Positions 39,025 through 48,674 of a stretch of 64,000 nt of DNA are shown piece after piece. A program made the translations under genes and the position numbers. The stretch's first letter is position 1. The number at the start of each line of letters is the position of its first letter. The stretch comes from Marsupella aquatica (taxonomy: Eukaryota > Plantae > Marchantiophyta): the NCBI GenBank assembly GCA_973895155.1, contig OZ316892.1:7981251-8045250 (forward strand), written 5' to 3'. The notes under the pieces were generated by a model. It saw only the letters and a program-made list of their open reading frames with translations, searched no databases and was not told the DNA's origin.

Positions 39025-39196
39025 TGTTGAAAATATATAATATTCAAATCTAATATGAGAGAAAAGGTGTGCACTGAATGGCCTGTAGTTTAGTGGTAGA
39101 GCACTACAATGCATATACAACAGGTCCTGCATTCGAATCTAGACAGTCCAATTTTTTAAAAAACTTTTACTGAAAGTTTCAACATGGTATTAGAGC
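39025..39196 (+). mobile_element. Short LTR-like unit (39025-39184) plus tRNA-iMet PBS (39185-39196)
   Basis: Termini TGTTGAAA ... TTTCAACA (8-bp perfect inverted), immediately followed by TGGTATTAGAGC (one mismatch to the canonical TGGTATCAGAGC). Confidence 0.7.
39079..39150 (+). pseudogene. Degenerate tRNA-Cys(GCA)-like sequence (tRNA pseudogene or SINE head)
   Basis: Acceptor TGGCCTG/CAGTCCA (6/7 pairs), D arm GTTT-AGTGGTA-GAGC, loop ATGCATA, B-box ATTCGAATC, then T6; anticodon and T stems poorly paired. Confidence 0.7.
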
Positions 39197-39855
39197 GAAA
39201 GATACTGACATCCATGGATTAACCAGATATGGTACAAGCATGAAATGGCTCAATGCTAGAGCCTACAATGTGCACGGAAGGTATTAGATTCAATGCTCTG
39301 AGCAATGTTGAATGTTCCAACAGCACTACTATGTACACGGAAGGTGATTGGAAACTTGCAAATTGCGGTAACATACGCATCAGTAAATGTCACGTCCCCT
39401 TTCAAAAGCACAGTTCCTCCGCGAAGCGGCCAAACAAGCTTAGTATCCTTTGGCGTCCCAATACTGTCTGGTGCACCCATATCCACACTCGATTTCACTT
39501 TGTCGTCCACCCATGATTCCACTTCGTCGCAGGACCGTTTGGCCTACAGATATCCCAAACCACGCTAAGTCAGTCGATATATTCATAACTTCAACATGCG
39601 TAAAATCACCGTTTGACGCCAAAACAAATAAATTCCAGCTCGCAAACCCGAGCAAATTCAGACTCATGCATAAAATCTACCGTTCGACACCAAAACAAAT
39701 AAATTCCAGCTTGCAGAACCGAGCAAATTCAGACCCATGTGTGTCGCAAAATTTGATAATCCTCAACCGATCTCGCCAGACGGCGAATCCGACGTATGCG
39801 TGTCTCCTGTTCTTGCACTATCTCTCCTTCCATTTTGACACGATGGGAGTGTCAA

Positions 39856-40206
39856 TTACTGAATTGCAAATTGCTCCGGCTCGTAGCAAGCACTGCACTC
39901 TGTTGTCTCGTCCGCAGAATCTGTGATCGAACTCCTGAAAGAATGAGGTCTTATGGACCTTCCACTTACTGAATTGCGAATCGACTACTGAATTGCAAAT
40001 TGCTCGAGCCCGTAGCAAACACTGCCCTCTGTTTTCACGTCCGCAGAATACGTGATCGAACTGCTGAAAGTGAGGTCTTATGGACCTTCCACTTACTGAA
40101 TTGCGAATCGATTACTGAATTGTAAATCGCTCGAGACACTGCACTGTTTTCTCGTCCGCAGAATACGTGATCTCACTCCTGGAATAATGAGGTCTTATTG
40201 ACCTTC
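39856..40206. repeat. Three tandem units of about 128 bp upstream of the orphan gene's ATG
   Basis: 'tactgaattgcaaattgctc...cgtccgcagaat..gtgatc...gaggtcttat.gaccttcc' near 39857, 39986 and 40113. Confidence 0.9.
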
Positions 40207-40939
40207 CCCTTTCTTTTATAGTAACTTTTATAGTAACTGCAGATCTGCAAATAATGTTACAATAGCCATTTGCCCCCTGTTATAATTACTTGGGGGCTTT
40301 GTTTAGGATATTCCTGGGTAGACCAGGATTAAAGGGCTAATCCTGGGTAAACACCAGCAACTCTTTACTTGCCCTTACCTTCTCAGGGGAATGGCACTAC
40401 ACCCTCGTAACTCAAGAATGGATATCTTTTGACATGTATTACAATGTAAACCAGTGTCTTGTAAGTATGTGTAAAGCGTGCAGTCCACATTCTGAAATTA
40501 AAATGCTTTTTTTTTTCACTACGAGTAAGGACTTCAGCCACAAGTTTCCATATAAAGTAGGCGGGGTAACCCATGGAGGAAATGGCAAATCATAAAGAGC
40601 ATTCCTTTTCACTGAGACATATTGAAGGCCATACTATAGTTTAAATTGGACATTCTTAGGGCTTACTTGAGAAAGGCTATACTTTAAAATTGGACATACT
40701 GAGGACTTACTTGAGGAAGGCTATACTTAAAAATTGACACACTGATCATCTCGATCTTATTTAAGTTGGAGTAAGGAGAAAGCGTCGTTTCACTAGGGAT
40801 AGGGAGGTACTTATTATGATTTGCTTGGGAAAGGTTATACTGTAGTTGGAAAGTGGACATACTGATCATCTCGTTTGTAGCTTGGATTCAGGAGAAAGCA
40901 TAATTATGTCTCAAGACTGAAACTGCTAACAGAGGTTTA

Positions 40940-41718
40940 GGGCCAACTAACTTGTGAAAACCCTCAAGCATGCAGCCATTTGTACTCCCTATATTTCCGG
41001 GAAAAAATAGCACTTCAAATCTGGTTCCCTACTTCCCAATGTGGCCAGGTTTGAAGTTATGGGCAAGTTGCCAAGTTGCCCGGCATGTAAACTTGTCATT
41101 TGCCAGACGAAAATGGCTATATTTGTCGGATATTCCTGATTATTCCCCGGCCCGAACCATTCCCGGCCAAGACCCGGCCTCGTCCCAGACCCTGTGGCCC
41201 TACCCCTCCCCGGACCCGGCCCTGCCCCGCACCCGGTCCTGGCTATGGTTATAGCCGGGGGCGGGCCGGGCCGGGCCAGATCCCCTTCCTCCCGAACCCC
41301 CTCCTCCCGAACCTGCCGGCCCGGGGAAGGGGAGCTCAGGAAGGGGAGACCGGGGGATGGGACCGGGAGCCCAAGGTAAGTACTTGGGGCGGGGCGGCTG
41401 GGGACCAGGACCGGGGAATTGGGCCGGGGGGTTTTGCTGGGGTGCTTCAGGGGCGGGCCAGCTCAGGCCGGGCCGGGCCGGGCAGTAGACATCGAGTGGC
41501 CGGGACGGTCCGGGTGACGACTTGCCGGATGACGGGCTCTAAAGGCTCCATTGACAGGCTCTAAAGGCTCCAATTGCTGGGCAAGTTCAAACCGGGCAAT
41601 GTGGACAGAGTTTGGACATTTTCCAAACAATCTATAATTTACGTCTAGCCAGCATCGTCAAGAGCGACAAGGGTCATAAATTCAAGGGCCTATGAGTCTA
41701 TGACATGCAAGTTGGCTC
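40940..41718. mobile_element. Harbinger-type element with a very GC-rich fold-back core
   Basis: TTA-GGGCCAACT left end; right end CATGCAAGTTGGCTC is identical to the 24687-24701 TIR; C-rich/G-rich core at 41145-41530. Confidence 0.6.
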
Positions 41719-42224
41719 GTAGTAGTAATCTTTTCTTTGATATAATGGAGGGGACGGGCCTATTAAAATAATGGAGTGACTCGAAAGTGAAAAGCGGGAA
41801 GTCCGGAAGTGTCCATATGTAGCAGTTTGTCAGGGTTGGGGAATGTTCATGTAGAACATTCTTTATTTTTGTCTTGTAGTGATCTTGAATAAATTGCAAT
41901 GAAGAGTGTCGAGCACGGGAGGGGCGTCGTTGCGCTTTCTAATGGGAGGCGTTGTGATAGTTTTCAATCGGAAAGGCAGTCACTTCCTCAAGAAGAAGAG
42001 TGATAGACTTCCTCCTCAAGGTCGGGACAGTACTGTGAAAGAAATCAAACGAGAACATCGTATCCTAAGGAAAGGAAAATTACACAGAAAGCATGCATAT
42101 CTTAGTATCAACTATGAGTTTGATGCTTTTGATGAGATCGCGACGCATTCGGTACTGAACATTACAGTGCATTATTGTCAGTCATGCCTAAGAATTACTC
42201 CTTGGAAAACCAGGAGCAGCAACC

Positions 42225-42990
42225 TGACGATGATCTGACAACAGATATGGAGAGAAAAGTCCTTTGAAACCAGTCAGAGAGAGGATATCGCGCATACTGC
42301 TGCTACTACCCTAAAAGAAAGGAAACAAAAATTGCGAAGGAAACTCAATCCTGTGCTTTGACGAGTGCTTGGAGGTTCCTTCACCTGTGTTTGCAATATG
42401 GCTTGGAGCCGAGAAGACATTGTCGGACGAGAAAAACGATACGGATGCATCACGCAGGTGAAGATGCTCTGCCGACTGCCTTCAGCGTCTGTCTCTCTCA
42501 TAACTTTGTCTGGAAAGAAAATTGCTCCTTTCGTCAACTCCACACGGTAAGAACTGGTATTGGACCGGGCAACGTTGCAACAAGGTCGGGTGGTGGAGGC
42601 GATGTGGATACAAAGCAAAATCTTGTAAGTTTCACATTCCAAAACTCGCTCAAATTCTGTGCTTGTGCGAAGTTTAGGAGAGAGCTGAGACTAAGGACCA
42701 GCGGAACGTGTTGTGAGGGAGCTGAGAGTGAGGACCAGCGGAATGTGGAGTTCACTTCAAAACAGCTATTTGAAGTGACTGAAATTTGTTGGCCCCTCGG
42801 GCGATAGGCAATTGGGAACTCTAAGATTCTGGAAAATTGAGGAGGACCATTCTTAGAAGCAGTAACTACACTCTCATTGTTGAGGCCCGGGGAATGAGAG
42901 AAAGTATTCCAGTGTCCAGCTTTCCAAAGTCCTCCAACTTGAATTTCGGGTTCACAAAGAACGTTGTGTTGAGAGAAATCAATCACTCTA
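42225..42990 (+). pseudogene. Possible F-box/LRR pseudogene
   Basis: Frameshifted pieces 'ISRILLLLP' + 'TQSCALTSAWRFL' resemble an F-box core; downstream LxLxx-type strings (ELVLD, NLVSFTF, RELRLR, LGTLRF); many stops. Confidence 0.3.
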
Positions 42991-43660
42991 CCCGTTCAGA
43001 GTTGTGTCTTGAGTGGCGCCTCCCAGTTGATCTTGCCTCTAACAGTCGCTCTTGCCTTCGTAAACGCCTGGTTCGCCGCACAAGCCAACAAGATCAGCGA
43101 GACTCACCGCTACCCTAAAACGAAAACTCCCAATCACCAGGAATACTTCAAGTTCTTGCCTGATCTTTGATACTCTAAATCACTCTACCCATTCAGAGTT
43201 GTGCCTTGGGCTGCGCCGAACAGTCGGTCTTGCTTTATACCACTCACTCTTGCCTTTGTACATGCCTGGGTCGCCAAGCCCACAAGACGCACGAGCGAAC
43301 AAGAGCAACGAGAATCACCGCTACCTATAAACCGAAACTCCCAATCACCAGACTGCTTCGAGTTTTTGCCTGATCTTTGATAGCCTTTCACCTAAACATC
43401 TTATCTATACAAGTCTATTGTGCTCGCCTCCTCCTGAACAAGGTTTCTTCAACTAGAGGGTTAACGTAGACGAGGAGACTATATGACAAATTGACAATTG
43501 CCATCGGAGTTCGCGAGTTTCTTTCTTCTTCGACAAGATACTCAAATTTTTAGCCCTTTCACCTAAACATCTTATCTCTATCGATGTATTGTGCTCGCCT
43601 CCTCCTGAACAAGGTTTCTTCAACTAGAGGGCTACGTAGAAGAGTAGACTATACAGAACT
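42977..43660. repeat. Two adjacent tandem duplications (about 200 bp x2; about 110 bp x2 at a 170-bp period)
   Basis: 'aatcactctaccc.ttcagagttgtg...cctgatctttgata' near 42981 and 43178; 'acctaaacatcttatct...ctcctgaacaaggtttcttcaactagaggg' near 43390 and 43561. Confidence 0.85.
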
Positions 43661-45415
43661 GAGAATTGCACCATGATACATTGCAAACACACCTCCGCCA
43701 AACGCCCAAACGAGAGGCCCTCCAACGACACAGAGAGTTAATGCAGGGAGCTAGTTTGCACTAAATTTTCAGATCGCTTTCTAGGGTAGCGAGGAAAGGC
43801 ATGAAAGTTCCCAAAAAATCTCGAGAAATTTACAGAGAAAGGAAGGAACGTGTGACGCTTCCAAGGCACATTTCTAGATCATTTGTTTTATTTCCAATAA
43901 AGTTACCCCTAATGTAAAGGGGCCAAAACCGGAGCCAGATTCCCTAGTTGGTCTTTTAGGTGTGTTTCCCTTACTTTCCAAAAGTTCCCTTGTAGCAGGC
44001 AAGTCTTAGCAAATAAGCATGTGAGTTCACTTATTCTTGGGAAACAGGTGCTCAATCCCACGAAGAGCTCGCAGCAGAGGGATGGAGCTTGAGCAAAGGC
44101 AGCTCCCAGCTATAGAAAGAAGCAGCTGGTGGCCTTCCTCCAAAATCCAGCTGCTCGCAGCAATGAAGGGCCTCACATCAATGGTGGGCCTGGGCAAAGA
44201 AGGAAGAAAAACATTGGGGCTGGGGTAGCGTGAAGAAAAATGTTGGGCCCGGGCCTAACTCCTGGTGAGAAAGGCCCAACACTGTTGTGAAGACCAAAAA
44301 AACGGGTTCACCCTTCAGTACTTAAAGTTTTGAATTAAACTAACTCGCCCAGTAAATTTGAATAAAGTGGTTACCCTCAGCCCCAAATCATAAACTTTAG
44401 GGATACCTTTAATGAGTACTAATATCTATATATTAACTAATCTAATGAAAACCTAGAGTTAGGGTCTGCGCTTGTAGGGTGAAGTCTCTAGACCATAACT
44501 CTAGGGCCCAGCCAATATTTAGGTGAATAGAAAGAAGATGAAAATTATGTGTGTCAAAATGATGATCATGTATTGTGGTTTTTGTCCTCATTACAAAGAA
44601 TGGGCATTGAGGCTGGTGGTCAAAGTATTATAAATCAGCTGAAATGGATGTTGTGCTTTACTTGAAGGATGCCCTGTTCAGCTTGGCATAACTGGTTACT
44701 TTATGGGAAGGATGATTCACTTTTGTCAATGACATCTTGAGTAGTTGGGCATGAAGAGTCACTTATTACCTGGTAAAACATATGGACCAAGGTCCAGTCA
44801 ATTAGTTAAGTGTACTAATGTATCAAGAGTACATGTAAGATCCAGCGAGACACATAAAACATTGATTTCCATCCATTTCTTTCAGCATGGATATCTGATT
44901 GGCTGTTCAAACAGCTGCAATTGTTGGTGTCGGTTCATTCGTGTCGATTCACTCGTATTCGTCGAGAGTCAAACTAAAGTTTCATGAATTTAAACCAAAA
45001 ACCATTTAGAAAACTAGGGTTCTTCCTCCACAACACACTACTAACATACTATTTGAGTTAAAACACCATTCAAAAAAGATCTACAGGGGTTGTGGTGGTC
45101 CATCTAAGTCAATTGTCAGAGATTGCGGTCCATCCAGGGTTTCCTTTAGTACGACCTGAGATTCAAATCTTCGAATAAGTTAACTGCAAATTCACGACAC
45201 GATCACTTTGTGGGTCGTGATTGAAAGAGAGAGACATTGACCGAACTCGAGCACGAGAAGACCATAGTCGAGGTAGGAGAAGGATTGGAATGAAAGAACG
45301 GAAGGCGATGGCGATGGAGGGGAGAGATGGCCGAAGCACGACAGCGATGAAGTGATTAAAACCCAGTTTCACTGATTTTCGGCCGTTCTCTCAAAAGCGA
45401 GAAGAGAGGCCGGGA

Positions 45416-47020
45416 ATGGCAGTAGGTGCGATGGCGCAGCAGCAGCCGAAGAACGACGATGGCGCCACTGCCGAACTGGAGAGCTCTCTCTCGCGCGCTG
45501 TTCAGCTCCGTGCGCCATACATTAAGAAGCAGTCTCATCAATTGACTCTCCCCTCTGTGAGACGGCTTCTAGAAAGAGATCTGAGACTGCAGAACCTGTT
45601 TCTGGAAGAACACAAAGCTGTGATCAAGGGCCTCGTGGACGAGGTCCTCAACGAGTCCTATAGTGACGCTGACGATCTGGATGCTGTTCCGGAAGAGGTG
45701 AGAAAGAGAGGAAAGAAAAACTCTAGAGTTGTAGAAGATTTAGGTCGGGATGCTGTCCCGGAAGAGACGAAAAAGAGAAGAAAGGAAAACCCTAGGGTTG
45801 TAGAAGATTTACAGGATGAGCAACTGGAAACTCACACAATTGATGGGAACAGTTACACGACGAGAAACTTTCTCAATGTGGACAAGGGGAAACCAACCAA
45901 GACCGATGTGGATGATTCTGAAGATGAAGACAAACCGGGAGCGTCCGATGGGGGACAACATGCAGAAATTTCAGACATACAGGGCACTTGTACAGAGATA
46001 CAATCTGAGAAGCATTGGCCAATTCAAGAGCGCTCAAGCAACCAAATCACGCTGGTACCAAAGGATGAAGGAGACGTGGAGGAAACGCTGCACGTGGGGT
46101 ATCATGAGGAGACAATCCGGCTGGATTTAATAAATACTAATGAGAATGCCATCAGAGTAGCTCTATCGGGACGAGCAGCTGAACTGAAGTCTCAAGCGGA
46201 GACTCTTACAGTGACGAAAGTGAGACACTTGCTAGAAAAGGATCTTGGACTGGAGCGAGATCGATTGCAGGTCCATAAGCAGTTCATACGGACGCTTGTT
46301 GATGAGTTGTTAGGAGCTACCAGTGAGGTACCAAAGATCGATGAACGGAAAGGGGAGCACGAAAGAGAGGAGGAAGGTCCTGTAAAGAGTAAAGGAAGAC
46401 CGAAATATACGGAGGATAAATTTTCCATGGGCAGGACGAGCGCCGTTGGAGAGGCTATTGAAGATAGTGAGGAGAACTTGCAAGGAAATGGTGAAGTTTC
46501 TGATAGTGTCTCTGTAGAAAGAAGGCAAAGTAAGTTAAAAAAGCTAACAAAACAACAGAAGAAAGATAATGAAGTGAGGACAAAACCCGTGATTGTTAAA
46601 CAAAGCACTGACTCGAAGCGACCATTTACTGCCAAGGTCGAACGTCTAAGGGGAATCTTGAAATTCGTTGGAGTAGGGGTATCTCCAATCTCGTATCGAA
46701 AAGCCAGGCAGGTCCCAGAGGATGAGCGAGAAGAAGTCTTGATTAGAGAGCTGGAGAAAAGACTAGCCCAAGAAGGATTATCATCTAATCCTACCGAGAA
46801 AGCGATGAAAAAGGTGAAGGCACGCCTGGCGAGGAAAAGAGATTTGGATGGTATTGAACGCAGCAACATTATGGAAGCGCCAAGACGAAGTAGAACTGCT
46901 TCAAACAGCTGGTTTGCTCCCCGGCCTAATAGATATGCACAAGCTGCAGACGAAGATTCGGAAGACCAAGATTCTAAAGAGGACTCGAGACCTGTTGTAA
47001 CTGGAGCCATGGATGATTAG
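45416..47020 (+). CDS. HIRIP3/CHZ1-like histone chaperone with two DEK-C-like repeats and a C-terminal CHZ motif; single exon, 534 aa
   Basis: Two repeats, 'LTLPSVRRLLERDLRL...HKAVIKGLVDEVL' and 'LTVTKVRHLLEKDLGL...HKQFIRTLVDELL'; C-terminal 'LAQEGLSSNPTEK...KRDLDGIERSNIMEAPRRSR' matches the plant CHZ-domain pattern. Confidence 0.85.
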   Translation: MAVGAMAQQQPKNDDGATAELESSLSRAVQLRAPYIKKQSHQLTLPSVRRLLERDLRLQNLFLEEHKAVIKGLVDEVLNESYSDADDLDAVPEEVRKRGKKNSRVVEDLGRDAVPEETKKRRKENPRVVEDLQDEQLETHTIDGNSYTTRNFLNVDKGKPTKTDVDDSEDEDKPGASDGGQHAEISDIQGTCTEIQSEKHWPIQERSSNQITLVPKDEGDVEETLHVGYHEETIRLDLINTNENAIRVALSGRAAELKSQAETLTVTKVRHLLEKDLGLERDRLQVHKQFIRTLVDELLGATSEVPKIDERKGEHEREEEGPVKSKGRPKYTEDKFSMGRTSAVGEAIEDSEENLQGNGEVSDSVSVERRQSKLKKLTKQQKKDNEVRTKPVIVKQSTDSKRPFTAKVERLRGILKFVGVGVSPISYRKARQVPEDEREEVLIRELEKRLAQEGLSSNPTEKAMKKVKARLARKRDLDGIERSNIMEAPRRSRTASNSWFAPRPNRYAQAADEDSEDQDSKEDSRPVVTGAMDD

Positions 47021-47589
47021 CCGAAATCGACAAATGATTTGTTCGACGAACATCGAAAAGCCTTACGGGGGAAAAGGCAACACGCGCGGCTGTCACAGCA
47101 TGTTTTCGTAAAATTCCTGGTGTGTGGACAGGTATGGCAACTTGAGGTATTATATACACTTCTTCCCTGGAGTCGATGCGATTATCCTAACCGACATTAT
47201 CATCTCAATTTCGTGCTATAATTTGCTACTCTGGTTTCTGAATTTGATAGGCATCAGTCCCTCACTTTTGTTATATAGAAGGGTTACTGTTGCCTTCGAG
47301 TCCTTTGAAAGGATAGCCTACATAATTTGAGCAGGCTGAGAGCCTCCAACCTGAAGCAAGCAGCTTACATTTACAACTGAATTACTGAAAAGGACCTATC
47401 TAAGTACGATAGTCCAGTGACGACAGTTCACCAACGAGTGTAAATTACCTCTATCTTAAGGTGGTCTTCCGCTTTAGTATCTATAGACCAGATACTAAAA
47501 ACGAGAGATATGATTAGTGGACCCCCTTCCTGAAAAAGTTGTTTAATCAATCCCCTCTATACCCTAAACCCCCTCTATACTTTTTTCCA

Positions 47590-47832
47590 ATCTGGATAGT
47601 TGATGGACCTTTGAATCTCAGATCTGGGCCGTTATAGACCTCAGGACCTTTCAATTTCAGATCTGGATCATTGATGGACTTTTTTATCTCAGATAGACCT
47701 CAGGACCTTTCAATTTCAGATCTGGATCATTGATGGACTTTTTGATCTCAGATCTGGACCATTGATAGACCTCAGGACCTTTCAATTTCAGGTAGACCAT
47801 TGATAGACCCCAGGGATTGATAGACCCCAGGG
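47590..47832. repeat. Degenerate tandem repeat built from 30-40-bp modules
   Basis: 'atagacctcaggacctttcaatttcagatctggatcattgatggac' variants repeated 3-4 times. Confidence 0.85.
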
Positions 47833-48674
47833 TTCAATGAAGGAACAAGTTTCATTTTGGGGGTTCATCAACATATCTTATTGAAGCTCCTGTAGCGAAT
47901 ACTCTAGTTTCAGTAATACAGTTACTCTATACTATTTTGAACACCAGTAAATATTGACCTCCACCATCGAGTTCTCACAATTCGCACCTCCATATGATAT
48001 TGAATTCCAGAATCCTCTCAACCTTTCACTCCCTAAGAGTTTCTACAATTCGCACCACGGACCGTCAAATACTTTGAACTCCGCAATTTCTCAACCATGC
48101 ATTGAGGATTTTCACAATAAGAACTGCAATCCTCCACATTCGAGGATTTTTCACAGGTCAAGTAATCAATCTCAAAGACAACTGTTTCTCCAGCACCTCA
48201 TGATGTGTTAAGGACGTTGCATACGTTTTTTCCCAAACTTTCTAGCAGTATAAATCTTGGAACCTTCTCCTTCACTGATCAGAAATTATGATCTGAATTT
48301 TCCCAATGCGGGAAATTCTACTATTTATTAAGAATTGGAGGTTGGATCATCTATGTCGAGTAAGAGCTAAAATTCGTTTGCTAATCTCCACAGCACAATT
48401 CCAATATCTATCCCTGGAGCAGCTGCTCCGGATATACAGAATTCTTTCACCAGTGGGCGAAAGGGCCAACCAGGGGCACCATAAATTCGCTGCATCAAAA
48501 GTCCCCGCTTCCTCCTCTAATTTATCTGGAATGTACACATGGAAGTCTCAAAAGCCCCAATGTCTCAGTCTCACCTGCGTGCAGAGGTGAGAGACTGAAA
48601 CTAATATTGGCCTATCTCAGGTACAAGTAATGAAATGTTTGAAAACTAGCGAGAAATCATACTACATTGAATTC

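Larger units (their letters stand above)
37812..39833 (-). pseudogene. Disrupted multi-exon orphan gene of unknown function
   Basis: ATG 39833 (MEGEIVQEQETRIRR...), acceptors near 39543 and 38970, long protein-like ORFs (39256-39543, 38432-38969, 38190-38426, 37812-38090) broken by stops and a frameshift; acidic tail with a 33-bp duplication; TATAAAAG upstream at 40213-40220 (-). Confidence 0.5.

Noticed and set aside
39079-39150. Functional tRNA-Cys gene
   Set aside because: Anticodon and T stems do not pair; treated as derived or pseudogenic.
41100-41564. Pro/Gly/Arg-rich ORFs (also 55436-55935)
   Set aside because: Stop-poor because of the extreme GC content of a repeat element.
46192-47010. 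272-aa minus-strand ORF
   Set aside because: Antisense shadow of the CHZ-like CDS; Ser/Phe-rich, no motifs.
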